A stretch of 63,832 bases of DNA, filler included. It is 6 parts of 6 records of this genome, joined end to end, with 100 filler letters (N's around TTAATTAATTAA, not from the genome) between each part and the next. Parts side by side here need not be neighbours in the genome. Positions count along the whole stretch, not along the records: positions 36,052 to 47,801 come from DRR723986_14199; positions 47,902 to 57,872 come from DRR723986_14203; 4 more parts are not named here. One strand, written 5' to 3'. Shown one piece after another: positions 39,549-49,678 of the stretch. The position numbers and the translations under genes were made by a program. The notes below the pieces were generated by a model. That model was not told the DNA's origin. It worked only from the letters and a program-made list of their open reading frames with translations, and made no database searches. How positions within the stretch are numbered: position 1 is the stretch's first letter; the number at the start of each line of letters is the position of its first letter.

Positions 39549-40643
39549 TCAGTTCAAACGCCGCACGACCTGGCCGTCGCTGAGATAGGCGACGCCGGCG
39601 GAAACGATGTCATCGCCTTTTTCCAGGCCGGAGCGGACCGGAATGAAGTCGCCCATGACCGTGCCGATTTCGACCGGGTTCTTGGACACGGCGCCCGTGT
39701 CGGCATCGAATTTCCAGACGTAGGCGCTGCCATCACCGTCGACGGCAATTGCACTTGAGGGCACCAGGAACTGTTCTCCCAGTTCCAGACCTTCCGGCAG
39801 AAACTTCACGGTGACAGAAGCCGTCATGCCGGGTGACAGCTGCTCTGCGCCGTCGCGAGGCATGGCAAGGGTGATGCGATAGGTTTGCGCCACATCATCG
39901 ACCTGACTGGAATGCTCGCGGTAGGTCAGCGGAAACAGCTTGTCGCCATAGGCCGGGAACCTTGCCTCGATCGAGGCCACTTCAGACTCAGATACCCGTC
40001 CGAACAGCGCCTCGGCAACGTTGATGTCCACCTGCACTTCCGACACATCGTGAAGCCGCACAACCGGTGTGCCGACACTAACCGTGGTGAAATTGTCGAC
40101 CAGTCGTACTGAGACGATCCCGTCGAAAGGTGCTTTCAACGTGGTGTATTCGAGGTTCTGCTTGGCTTCCTTCAACGTCTCAAGCGCAAGGTCGTGCTTG
40201 TTCTTCTGCTCGTCGTAGGCGGACTGTGAGATCACGGAGCGTTCGCGCAGGGTTTCCAGCCGGTCGAGTTCCCTCTTTGCCTGCTCGGCATTGATCGTCG
40301 CCTCGCGGACGGCACGGTCGTAGTCAGTCGTGTCCAGCGTGGCGATCAGGTCGCCCTCTTTCACGCGCTGGCTTTCCAGAACCGGAAGCGCAACAAGCTT
40401 GCCCGGCACCTGAAAGGACAGGTCGACGGTCTTTACCGCAGCAACCCGGCCCGCGAACCGCCGCTCCAGCAGACCTATCTGGTCTGTCACCGTAAAGATC
40501 TTCGCAGGCCTTGGCGCGGCGTGAAGCTTTGCTTCTGCTTCGGAAACCGGATCAACTGCGTCTTCCTGGCAGGCTGCGAGCATCCCCGCAGCAAACAGGA
40601 GGGCGACCCAACGGCGGATTGGGGCTTTGTGAAGTGCCAGCAT
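39549..40643 (-). CDS. RND periplasmic adaptor (membrane fusion lipoprotein)
   Basis: Lipobox LAAC, LSFQVPG, TTLKAPFDG, GLEKGDDIVSAG. Confidence 0.93.
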   Translation of the reverse strand: MLALHKAPIRRWVALLFAAGMLAACQEDAVDPVSEAEAKLHAAPRPAKIFTVTDQIGLLERRFAGRVAAVKTVDLSFQVPGKLVALPVLESQRVKEGDLIATLDTTDYDRAVREATINAEQAKRELDRLETLRERSVISQSAYDEQKNKHDLALETLKEAKQNLEYTTLKAPFDGIVSVRLVDNFTTVSVGTPVVRLHDVSEVQVDINVAEALFGRVSESEVASIEARFPAYGDKLFPLTYREHSSQVDDVAQTYRITLAMPRDGAEQLSPGMTASVTVKFLPEGLELGEQFLVPSSAIAVDGDGSAYVWKFDADTGAVSKNPVEIGTVMGDFIPVRSGLEKGDDIVSAGVAYLSDGQVVRRLN

Positions 40644-40656
40644 TTGGTCTTCCGTT

Positions 40657-41220
40657 CTAGTCTTGGAGTTGGGTCAGACGCTTGCGCAGGTCCTGAAAAA
40701 CCAGCGCGCGTTCTTCATCTGTGAAAATCGTGACGCAATGCGCCTCGGAGAAATGCAGACCTTCCAGGCACGCCCAGATTGCCCAGGCTTTGCCACGGTC
40801 GGAAAGTTCGGCTTCGATGGCCGCCTTCATACGGGATTTCACGCCCATGAAAGGTTCACTCAGGTCAGGACGGTCTGCTTTCGTGGCCAGCATGGCCTGC
40901 GCAAGATCCCGCTGCTCGCTCAGCCAGCCTTCGGTGACTTCGATCATGGCGCTCAAGGTCGGGCATTCGGAAGAAAGGTTCCGCTCCCGCGCAGCGGACA
41001 CTTCGGCTTCGAACTGGCCCGCAAGGAATTCCACCATGCCAGTAATCAGCGCGTCCTTGGTGGGAAAGTTATAGAGCACCCCACCTTTCGAAAAGCCGCT
41101 TTCCTCGGCCACGGCATCCATGGTGAGGCTTTGCGCTCCCGAGCGTCTCACGACTTCGAGTGCAGCCTTCAGTATTTCCGATTTTGATTCATGCGAGTTG
41201 CGTGTCGAACGCGCGGCCAT
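40657..41220 (-). CDS. TetR-family regulator of the efflux operon
   Basis: ILKAALEVV...LTMDAVAEESGFSKGGVLYNFPTK HTH. Confidence 0.93.
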   Translation of the reverse strand: MAARSTRNSHESKSEILKAALEVVRRSGAQSLTMDAVAEESGFSKGGVLYNFPTKDALITGMVEFLAGQFEAEVSAARERNLSSECPTLSAMIEVTEGWLSEQRDLAQAMLATKADRPDLSEPFMGVKSRMKAAIEAELSDRGKAWAIWACLEGLHFSEAHCVTIFTDEERALVFQDLRKRLTQLQD

Positions 41221-41223
41221 TTC

Positions 41224-41277
41224 TATACCGTCCAGTCAGTACAGTTTCGCGCTATTTATACCGTCCAGCCGGTACAG
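41224..41277. promoter_or_regulatory. Tandem TetR operators
   Basis: TATACCGTCCAGTCAGTACAG (41224-41244) and TATACCGTCCAGCCGGTACAG (41257-41277); imperfect palindromes 33 nt apart, directly before the TetR ATG. Confidence 0.75.
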
Positions 41278-41455
41278 ACAAGAGGGCACACTGGCATAAG
41301 TCCACCAGCTTTTTCATCCAGCACTCACTCGAAGCGTGTCCAGGCAGCCGGACACCCCAAAAACTGGCATGGGCAAGAGCCTGTGCCAACCGACAGAACC
41401 TGATTTTTTTCGAGATCGATCCAGGTAAAAAACAGGAGCCAGCCGGGAGCCCGGA

Positions 41456-43102
41456 TCAGGCCGCAGCGTTCTTGCGCATTGCAGCTTCGTTTGCCGCTTG
41501 TTCTGCGGCGGCAGCTTCCGCTGCAAGCCGCGAACGCTCATTGGCTTCTTCATCGGTACGTTCTGCAAAGGCGATGAATTCATCGGCCGGCATGGGGGCT
41601 GCGAAGAAGTACCCCTGGGCAGCGGTAACGCCAAGTTCAAGCAACCGGTCGATCTGCTCTTCCATCTCGACACCTTCGGCAATGATGCCCATGCCCAGAT
41701 TGTCGGCCAGTTCGACCATGGAATCGACGATGGTCGTCGAGTTGTCGTCCGACCCGATGGTATCGATGAACATCTTGTCGATCTTGATGATGTCGACTCC
41801 CAGCTTCTGCAGGTACGCCATGCCGCCGTGGCCGGTGCCAACGTCGTCCAGCGCCACACGCACACCCAGGGCCTGCAGTTCCGCGATGATCTTGCGGGCG
41901 AGTTCCATATCTTCCAGCGGATGGCGTTCGGTCACTTCCACGACGATCTGCTGGAAGGAAATCCGGGACTTTTCGAAGATCGAACGGATGTCGGAAATGA
42001 TTTCGCGATCCAGGAAGTGACCCGCGAATAGGTTGATCGACAGCTTCAGGTCCGGGTTGTCGCCGTAAAGATCGCCGATTTCCTCCGACGACACGCGCAT
42101 CATGTGGCGGGTCATATCGAAGATATGGCCGTTGTTTTCGGCATAAGCCATGAACTGGCCCGGCGAAACGATCATGCCGTTTGGACGGCGCCAGCGCATC
42201 AGGATCTCGCAGCCGCGCAACCGGCCACTCTCGATGTCCATGACAGGCTGATAATAGGGAATGAATTCGCCATTGCGGATCGCGGCGATGAATTCGTCGT
42301 CGGCCTCCCGCTCCGGACGCCAGGACAACCAGACGCCGATGGCAACGAACAGAAGTGCAATGCCGGCACAGGCCGCGGCCGCAACAACCTTCAGATCCTG
42401 CACGACATTGCCGGCGGCCGAAATCGGTGCGGTGATCGTCGCGACCAGCGGATAAAGCTGCGAGGAGACCTCGACAGACAGGATTTGCGAAGGATCGGTC
42501 GCCTCGGAGTTATAACCGCCGATACTGTACCAGAGCAGATTGTTGCCGAGGCGCAGTTCGGCTCTGCGATAGGAGCGCAGATATTCCGGACCGGGATCGA
42601 TGGCAATGACGGCGGGCGTCACTTCCGCGAACAGACGGGTCTGGTCCTTGAGATCCCAGCTGATTACCGCCGCGCGAGCCCCCAGATAGTTGCGGTCCAG
42701 CATGCCGATACCGACCAGCGGGCCGTCTTCGCGCATCGGAGGAAGAACGACCTTCCCGGCCAGATCTCGATCCGGAATGATGCACATGCGTTGACCTGCC
42801 GCGTCCGCCAGCCCGATGGCGTCGATCATGCCGTGCTCGACGATCTGTTTTTCGTAGATACCCCGGTCTTCGGCGCTACAGGTTTGCACGTCGTCACGGT
42901 CCAGTCGCTGCAGCAGGGAGACGGTCGTGGAAATTGCCTCTTCGGCGCGATGGATAGCCACATTTCCCATGGCTTCCATTTCGACGACGGCGCGGCGTTC
43001 CGCATATTGGTTGAGGATGACATTGATCGCAAAAAGCGGAGCAGTCGCCAGCGCAAGGGCGATCAGCACCGTTTTTACAAAACCAACATAGCGGAAAGAC
43101 AA
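41456..43102 (-). CDS. Membrane-bound c-di-GMP phosphodiesterase (CSS-like sensor plus EAL)
   Basis: Two TMs flanking a periplasmic domain with two Cys (QTCSA, RMCII); PYYQP, EIL.RW, EVTE, DDVGTG, IKID, AEGVE, QG. Start uncertain (TTG at 43102 or 43183). Confidence 0.85.
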   Translation of the reverse strand: MSFRYVGFVKTVLIALALATAPLFAINVILNQYAERRAVVEMEAMGNVAIHRAEEAISTTVSLLQRLDRDDVQTCSAEDRGIYEKQIVEHGMIDAIGLADAAGQRMCIIPDRDLAGKVVLPPMREDGPLVGIGMLDRNYLGARAAVISWDLKDQTRLFAEVTPAVIAIDPGPEYLRSYRRAELRLGNNLLWYSIGGYNSEATDPSQILSVEVSSQLYPLVATITAPISAAGNVVQDLKVVAAAACAGIALLFVAIGVWLSWRPEREADDEFIAAIRNGEFIPYYQPVMDIESGRLRGCEILMRWRRPNGMIVSPGQFMAYAENNGHIFDMTRHMMRVSSEEIGDLYGDNPDLKLSINLFAGHFLDREIISDIRSIFEKSRISFQQIVVEVTERHPLEDMELARKIIAELQALGVRVALDDVGTGHGGMAYLQKLGVDIIKIDKMFIDTIGSDDNSTTIVDSMVELADNLGMGIIAEGVEMEEQIDRLLELGVTAAQGYFFAAPMPADEFIAFAERTDEEANERSRLAAEAAAAEQAANEAAMRKNAAA

Positions 43103-43260
43103 GTCGCAGGCCTGTTCGTGAATAAACTCTTTCTGACCATGGCTGATCTGGGTAAACAAGGACTGAAGATTCAGCAGTTTCATTCAGATCAAAGCGACCT
43201 GTCTCATTGCCGTGTTAGCTGCAGGACAGACGAGAAAGAGCCGGACTTCGGGAGGGTTAC

Positions 43261-44160
43261 ATGCAGGCATTGTTTATTGGACAAGCCTATATCGACGTTA
43301 CGTTTTTGACCGACCAGCTGCCGACGGGCGACGAAAAGACGATTGCCCGGGATTACGCGATCAGTTTCGGCGGCAATGCCGTTACAGCGGCGTTCTGCTG
43401 CGCCAAACTGGGTGGCAAGCCGGAACTGTTGTGTTCGCAGGCGGATGACTGGCTGGCGCGGATGTTCCTGGACATGGCCGCGGCCTACGGCATTTCCATT
43501 CACGGGCGCAAGGTGCGCGAGAGTTCGCTCTCCTTCATCATGCCGAAGGGAGGCAAGCGTGCCATCGTGCGCTGCCGCGACAACGAATTCCTGCATCCTT
43601 TCCCTCCCCTCACGCTTACCGGCATGAAGGCATTGCATCTGGATGGCCACATGCCGGATGCAGCCCTCCACTATGCGACCACATGCAAGAACCTCGGCAT
43701 TCTGACGTCTCTCGACGGAGGTGCGGTTCGCGAGAACACGGACGAGCTTTTGAACCAGATCGACATTGCGGTCGTTTCCGAACGGTTCTGCCAGCAGCTT
43801 GGCATGTCGACCGGCGAGACCCTGGCGTATTTGCGCACCAAGAACTGTCCTGTCGGCGCTGTCACGCTCGGCGACGAAGGCATGGTCTGGTACGAAGCCG
43901 GCGGTCCGGACAAGGTTATGCCGGCCCTGAATGTACCCTTGTCGAAAGTGGTCGATTCCAATGGGGCTGGCGATGTGTTTCACGGCGCCTATGTTGCGTC
44001 CTACCTGCAATGGCCGGAAAGAAGCTGGGATCAGCACTTCCGCTTTGCACGTGGTGCCTCGACCCATGCGATCCAGCACCTGGGCAACGAAGCCAGCCTG
44101 CCGACACTGGAAGACATCGAACGCGCCAACAGCACCTTCCTGGAAAAAGCAGCTGCCTGA
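43261..44160 (+). CDS. PfkB/ribokinase-family sugar kinase
   Basis: GGNAVTAA, VTLGDEG, DSNGAGDVFHGA. Confidence 0.9.
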   Translation: MQALFIGQAYIDVTFLTDQLPTGDEKTIARDYAISFGGNAVTAAFCCAKLGGKPELLCSQADDWLARMFLDMAAAYGISIHGRKVRESSLSFIMPKGGKRAIVRCRDNEFLHPFPPLTLTGMKALHLDGHMPDAALHYATTCKNLGILTSLDGGAVRENTDELLNQIDIAVVSERFCQQLGMSTGETLAYLRTKNCPVGAVTLGDEGMVWYEAGGPDKVMPALNVPLSKVVDSNGAGDVFHGAYVASYLQWPERSWDQHFRFARGASTHAIQHLGNEASLPTLEDIERANSTFLEKAAA

Positions 44161-44337
44161 CACAATCAGCCCCGGCAAAGCACTGGCTACAAGGCCTTCG
44201 CGTTTCAACCGGGGAAAGTGTGACGCAGGACATATTTTGTTCGAATAAGCCCGGCTATTGCTTCAACCGGCTTTCGCCTTGCCACACTGTGGAACTTACC
44301 CCAGAGTGGGATCACCTCTATTTCGTGGAGATTTTCA

Positions 44338-45513
44338 ATGATGTTTTCCCGTTCGCCCCGGATCGCAGCCGGTCTGACAGCCGCTGTCAGTCTGCTCGCT
44401 CTAAAAGCCTCTCCGGCTCTTGCTTTCGATCCGTCCGGGAACGAGATTGCCGATGCGTTCCTGTCGCTGCTGGACGCTGAAAAAGGCACCGTCGAGAGCT
44501 ATGGTTCGGTTGACGAAGCAGGTGGCGCCGTCACGCTCAGCGACATCGTCATCAGCAAGGAAGACGAGGAAGGTGCCAGCGTCACCATCGCTTCCACCGT
44601 GCTCACTGGTGGCGAAATCCAGGCTGACGGCCGGCTCAAACTGGCAAGTCTCGACATGAGCAACCTTCAGCTCACGGCCGAGGACGGCGGCATGTCGCTG
44701 GCAGACCTCAAGGTTACGGAACTTCTCTTGCCCACGCCTGAAGAAGCTGCGTCCGATACGCCGCCGGTCGGGCCCGGCTACAAGACGTTTGAAGCCAACA
44801 GCATCCAGATCCGCGATGAAGACAACCAGATTGCCGACATCGTAAAAATCTCCTCTTCGATCGATGCCATGGACGGCGATCTTCCGACGGCGGGCAGTTT
44901 CGCCGTGACCGGCGCCACGATTGATGTGAAGGAACTGGAATCGAAGGAAACCAAGTCCCTCACGGATCTCGGTTATGAAACCCTGACTGTTGATGTCGCA
45001 GGGTCAGGCAAATGGGATCCGGAAGCAGCCACGCTTGTGGTCCCGGAACTCAAGATCGATGCCAAGGAAGCCGCCAGCCTGTCCCTTTCCCTCTCCATGG
45101 GCGGGGTTACCCGGGAAGTGGTCACCCAGCTCAACGAAAAGTCGGAGAAACCGGAAGAAGCGATGGCGCTTCTGCAGAACGTGACCATCGAAAATGCCAA
45201 GATCCGGCTGGACGACGCCTCTTTGACGGGACGCGTTCTGGATCAGGAATCGAAAAAAGCCGGTGTTGACACGCCGACCTATGTAGCTGGCCTCACCGGC
45301 ACGCTGCCGATGATGCTTGGCATGCTGCAGAACAAGGAACTGGAAGGCAAGGTCGCTCAGGCTGTGACCCAGTTCCTGAACACCCCGGGCTCGCTGGAAC
45401 TGACGGCGGCACCCGGTGCGCCGGTTCCCCTGTCCCAGATCATGGGAACGGCGATGTTCGCGCCCCAGATGATCCCGCAGATCCTTTCGGTTGGCATCAC
45501 CGCCAACCAGTAA
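44338..45513 (+). CDS. Secreted beta-rich hypothetical protein
   Basis: Signal peptide ending ALA-F, acidic composition, strong codon bias. Confidence 0.8.
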   Translation: MMFSRSPRIAAGLTAAVSLLALKASPALAFDPSGNEIADAFLSLLDAEKGTVESYGSVDEAGGAVTLSDIVISKEDEEGASVTIASTVLTGGEIQADGRLKLASLDMSNLQLTAEDGGMSLADLKVTELLLPTPEEAASDTPPVGPGYKTFEANSIQIRDEDNQIADIVKISSSIDAMDGDLPTAGSFAVTGATIDVKELESKETKSLTDLGYETLTVDVAGSGKWDPEAATLVVPELKIDAKEAASLSLSLSMGGVTREVVTQLNEKSEKPEEAMALLQNVTIENAKIRLDDASLTGRVLDQESKKAGVDTPTYVAGLTGTLPMMLGMLQNKELEGKVAQAVTQFLNTPGSLELTAAPGAPVPLSQIMGTAMFAPQMIPQILSVGITANQ

Positions 45514-45530
45514 CACTGTCTTCAAACAGC

Positions 45531-45558
45531 AAAAAGCCCGGACCTTGTCCGGGCTTTT
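45531..45558. terminator. Bidirectional Rho-independent terminator
   Basis: AAAAAGCCCGGAC-CTT-GTCCGGGCTTTT between convergent genes. Confidence 0.85.
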
Positions 45559-45585
45559 CTTGTTTATGCGTTCAAGAATGCAAGT

Positions 45586-47391
45586 TTACTCGGCTGCCTC
45601 GTTCCGGCTCTGAAACTGCAGTTCGCACAGGCGCCGATATATGCCGTCATGCTCGAACAATTCGTCATGCGTGCCGCTTTCAAGGACGCGCCCCCTGTCC
45701 AGAACGAGTATCTTGTGCGCGTGGCGAACCGTGCTGAGCCGGTGGGCGATCACAAGCGTCGTGCGGCCTTCCATCAGTGTTTCGAGCGCGGACTGGATCT
45801 TGGCCTCGGATTCCGCGTCGAGAGCCGAGGTTGCCTCATCCAGCAACAGGATCGGCGCATCAAGCAGCATGGCGCGCGCGATGGCAACCCGCTGTCGCTG
45901 ACCGCCGGACAATCGGCCGCCACCGTCGCCTGCCAACGTGTTGTAGCCTTCAGGCAATTCGAGGATGAAGTCATGGGCGTTTGCCGCCTTTGCCGCCGCC
46001 TCGATCTCTTCCAGCGTGGCATCGGGCCTGCCGATTGCGATGTTGTCGCGGATGCTGATGTTGAAGAGGTAGGAGTCCTGACTGACGTAGGCAATGTTAC
46101 GGCGCAGGGAACTCATCGTCACCGATTTGATCGGCTGGCCGTCAACGCAGATCGTACCTTGCTGCGGATCGTAGAAACGCTCGATCAAGGCAAAGACCGT
46201 TGATTTCCCGGCGCCGGATGCACCAACCAGTGCCGTTGTCTTGCCGCCCTCAGCCGTCAAGGTCAGCCCGTTCAGGGCAGCACCTTCGCCATAGGAGAAC
46301 TTGACGTCCTTCAGTTCGATCTGCCCGCTATCAACCTTGAGGTCCGGTGCATTTTCGACCTGCTCCAGGTCCGGCTGCTCGTCGATCAATTCGTACATCA
46401 GACGAACCCCGACCAGTGCCTTGCTGAGATTGACATTCAGGCGGGCCAGACGGCGCGCCGGATCATACGCAAGCAACAGGGCGGTGATGAATGCGAAAAA
46501 CGCGCCGGGATCCTTGCCCAGTTCCACCACCGAATATCCACCGTAGAAGATAACCAGTGCGATCGCGAACCCGCCGAGGGATTCCATCAGCGGGGATGTC
46601 CGCGCCGTTAGCGCCGCAATCTTGTTGGACTGGCGTTCGACTTCAGAGACGGATGTCGCCATCCGCTGCTGCATCGTCTGCTCCATTCGGAATGCCTTGA
46701 CGATGCGAATACCCAGCACGGTTTCCTGCAGGGTCGAGCCGATCTTGGCGTTCGAAACCACCTGCCGCTTGGCGTAGGTCTTCACCCGCTTGACCAGAAA
46801 ACTGACACCGACAACGATCGGCGGCATGATCACCAGTGCGAGCAGGCTCATCAGGGGATCCTGGACAATCATCACGCCGACGAGACCGATCAGGGTCAGA
46901 ATATCCCGGCCAAGACTGAGCACGATCATGTCGATGACCGAACGGGCACTGCCGGCACCCGTGTTCACGCGAATGCCCAGTTCCGGCAGGGACATCCGGT
47001 CGTAATAGGCCTGGTCCTGCATGGTGAGCCGCTTGAACAAGCGGTTCTGAAGATCTGCAACAATCGCGTTGCCTACCCTTGAGAGAACGACCATCTGACC
47101 GTAGGTCGAAGCGCCCTTGAGGGTGAAGATGCAGATGACCGCTCCGGCGATGACATAGATCATCGCCTTGTCGCGGTTGATGAACACCTCGTTGATGACA
47201 TCCTTCATGATCCAGGCACTTGCGGCGGTCGTCGCCGCTACCATGCCCATGAAAACGAAGGCCACCATGTAGCGCGGTATGTAGGCCCGGAGATTTTCGC
47301 TCAACAGGCGCTTGATGACTTGGACCGTGCCATCCGGATCGTTCCAGATCTCCCATTTTGCAGGGTTGAGCACTGTAAGCCGCCTTTCCAA
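45586..47391 (-). CDS. MsbA-like ABC exporter (TMD plus NBD)
   Basis: [35 protein letters not shown]-terminal multi-TM domain. Confidence 0.9.
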   Translation of the reverse strand: MERRLTVLNPAKWEIWNDPDGTVQVIKRLLSENLRAYIPRYMVAFVFMGMVAATTAASAWIMKDVINEVFINRDKAMIYVIAGAVICIFTLKGASTYGQMVVLSRVGNAIVADLQNRLFKRLTMQDQAYYDRMSLPELGIRVNTGAGSARSVIDMIVLSLGRDILTLIGLVGVMIVQDPLMSLLALVIMPPIVVGVSFLVKRVKTYAKRQVVSNAKIGSTLQETVLGIRIVKAFRMEQTMQQRMATSVSEVERQSNKIAALTARTSPLMESLGGFAIALVIFYGGYSVVELGKDPGAFFAFITALLLAYDPARRLARLNVNLSKALVGVRLMYELIDEQPDLEQVENAPDLKVDSGQIELKDVKFSYGEGAALNGLTLTAEGGKTTALVGASGAGKSTVFALIERFYDPQQGTICVDGQPIKSVTMSSLRRNIAYVSQDSYLFNISIRDNIAIGRPDATLEEIEAAAKAANAHDFILELPEGYNTLAGDGGGRLSGGQRQRVAIARAMLLDAPILLLDEATSALDAESEAKIQSALETLMEGRTTLVIAHRLSTVRHAHKILVLDRGRVLESGTHDELFEHDGIYRRLCELQFQSRNEAAE

Positions 47392-47493
47392 AAACTCGCT
47401 AAGCTTAGCATGACTGAGGCCGGCTAGGCCGGCCTCAAGCCTCTGTTGCAGAGGGTTATCCCTATTTAACGGTTACCCGCAAGTAGGTTGTTA

Positions 47494-47801
47494 TCAGGCG
47501 TCCGGCAAGTTCAGACGCAAATGCAGATCGCGAAGCTGAGCCGATGTCGCTTCGCTCGGTGCGCCCATCATCAGGTCTTCCGCCTTCTGGTTCATCGGGA
47601 AGAGCATGACTTCACGGATGTTGGCTTCATCAGCCATCAGCATGACCATGCGGTCGATGCCGGCCGCGCAGCCGCCGTGCGGAGGAGCGCCATACTGGAA
47701 TGCATTGACCATGCCGCCAAAGCGCTTGTCGACTTCCTCAGCCGGATAGCCGGCAATTTCGAAAGCCTTGTACATGATCTCCGGCTTGTGGTTCCGGATC
47801 G
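47494..47801 (-). CDS. aspS: Aspartyl-tRNA synthetase, 3' fragment
   Basis: [25 protein letters not shown]. Confidence 0.95.
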
Positions 47802-47901
47802 NNNNNNNNNNNNNNNNNNNNNNNNNNNNNNNNNNNNNNNNNNNNTTAATTAATTAANNNNNNNNNNNNNNNNNNNNNNNNNNNNNNNNNNNNNNNNNNN
47901 N
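47802..47901. other. Artificial contig spacer
   Basis: N44-TTAATTAATTAA-N44. Confidence 0.99.
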
Positions 47902-48780
47902 GAGATCGTCCTGTCGGTGATGGAGCATCACTCGAACATCATTCCCTGGCACTTCCTGCGCGAGCGCCACGGCGCCGTGCTGCGCTGGGTGGGCCTGACC
48001 GATGATGGGGCGCTCGATATGGCCGAGCTGGCGGAGGCCATCGGACCGAAGACGAAATTCGTGGCGATGACGCACATGTCGAACGTGCTCGGCACGGTGA
48101 CCGACATGGCGGAAATCGTGCGGCTGGCGCACGACGCCGGTGCGCAGGTGCTGGCTGATGGTAGCCAGGCCGCCGTGCACATCCCGGTGGATGTGCAGGC
48201 CCTCGGCGTCGACTGGTATGTGATGACCGGCCACAAGCTGTATGGGCCGACGGGTATCGGCGTGCTTTACGGCACGGCCGAAGCGCTGGACCGGGCGCGG
48301 CCTTATCAGGGCGGCGGCGAGATGATCGAGATCGTTACTCGCGACCGGGTCACCTACAACACGGCGCCGCACAAATTCGAGGCTGGTACCCCGCCGATCC
48401 TGGAAGCGATTGGTCTTGGCGCAGCCCTGGGCTGGATACGCAGACATCCCGCAGATGCAGTACATGCACATGAGATGGTCCTGTATAGTCATGCCGTAGA
48501 GGGGCTTCGCGGTATCAATGGCCTCAGGATTCACGGCGAAGCGCCGGGCAAGGGCGCGGTGCTGACCTTCAGCCTCGAAGGCGCGCATCCCCATGATATT
48601 GCTCAGATTTTGGACCGCTACGGCGTCGCGATCCGCGCAGGGCATCATTGCGCCCAGCCGCTGATGGAACATCTCGGCGTCCCCTCGACAGCCCGTGCCT
48701 CCTTCGCCATCTACAACACCCTGGCTGAAGTCGACGCCTTCATCGAGGCGCTCGCCAAGGCCCGGAAAATGCTGGTATAG
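47902..48780 (+). CDS. sufS: Cysteine desulfurase SufS, 5'-truncated
   Basis: MEHHSNIIPW, TGHKLYGPTGIG, FEAGTP, RAGHHCAQP. Confidence 0.95.
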   Translation, partial: EIVLSVMEHHSNIIPWHFLRERHGAVLRWVGLTDDGALDMAELAEAIGPKTKFVAMTHMSNVLGTVTDMAEIVRLAHDAGAQVLADGSQAAVHIPVDVQALGVDWYVMTGHKLYGPTGIGVLYGTAEALDRARPYQGGGEMIEIVTRDRVTYNTAPHKFEAGTPPILEAIGLGAALGWIRRHPADAVHAHEMVLYSHAVEGLRGINGLRIHGEAPGKGAVLTFSLEGAHPHDIAQILDRYGVAIRAGHHCAQPLMEHLGVPSTARASFAIYNTLAEVDAFIEALAKARKMLV

Positions 48781-48789
48781 GTGGCTCAT

Positions 48790-49173
48790 ATGGCCGATGA
48801 CATGACCTCCCGAGACGTGGACGCCGCTGCTGAAACTGCAGCGCCTTCAGCGATTCCGCAGGATGAGCTGAACCAGATCACCGACGCGCTGATCGCGGCG
48901 TTCAAGACCGTGTTCGATCCGGAAATCCCGGTCGACATCTACGAACTGGGCCTGATCTACAAGGTCGACATCGATGATGACCGCAAGGTTGATATCGAAA
49001 TGACACTTACTGCGCCCGGTTGCCCGGTGGCCGGCGAGATGCCGGGATGGGTGGAGAATGCAGCCCGCACCGTCGAAGGCGTGAAGGATGTCGAAGTCCA
49101 GCTGACCTTCGATCCGCCATGGGATCCGTCGCGCATGTCCGACGAAGCCCGCCTCGCACTGAACATGCTTTAA
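48790..49173 (+). CDS. sufT: SUF Fe-S assembly protein SufT (DUF59)
   Basis: DPEIPVDIYELGL, MTLTAPGCP, FDPPW. Confidence 0.9.
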   Translation: MADDMTSRDVDAAAETAAPSAIPQDELNQITDALIAAFKTVFDPEIPVDIYELGLIYKVDIDDDRKVDIEMTLTAPGCPVAGEMPGWVENAARTVEGVKDVEVQLTFDPPWDPSRMSDEARLALNML

Positions 49174-49208
49174 TTGAATGGGAAGGGGCGCGCCCCTATC
49201 TTTCCTTC

Positions 49209-49568
49209 ATGGCCAGACGACCCAGACCCAAGCCCGTAAAGCTCTCAGACGCCGCTGCCGCGCGCGTGAAAGAGATCATGGAAGAACGCGGCGCAGGCTA
49301 TCTGCGCGTCGGCGTGAAGAATGGCGGCTGCGCCGGCATGGAATACGTCATGGACTATGCAATGGCGCCGGAACCGCTGGACGAAGTGGTTGAAGACAAT
49401 GGCGTCACCATCCTGATTGACGCCAAAGCTGTGCTGTTCCTGCTGGGCAGTGAAGTCGATTTTGAAGTGACGCCGCTGCACGAGAAGTTCGTCTTCAACA
49501 ATCCAAACCAGACGGATGCCTGCGGTTGCGGCGAGAGCGTGACGATCGTGCCGGTTGCGGCTGACTAA
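49209..49568 (+). CDS. sufA: A-type Fe-S carrier (SufA/IscA)
   Basis: GGCAGMEY, NPN...CGCGES. Confidence 0.9.
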   Translation: MARRPRPKPVKLSDAAAARVKEIMEERGAGYLRVGVKNGGCAGMEYVMDYAMAPEPLDEVVEDNGVTILIDAKAVLFLLGSEVDFEVTPLHEKFVFNNPNQTDACGCGESVTIVPVAAD

Positions 49569-49678
49569 GGGTCGGCCAGGCACCACGTCTGCATCATTTG
49601 CAAGCCGGGTTGTAAGCGGCATGCCCCGGTCCATTTGAGACAGGGGCATGTGCTTTATCTGTCCGCGGGACTTGTGGA

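Noticed and set aside
34119..44208. Long antisense ORFs (e.g. 34119..35195, 37836..38852, 42104..43309, 43204..44208)
   Set aside because: Shadow frames of GC3-rich real genes, with no protein motifs.
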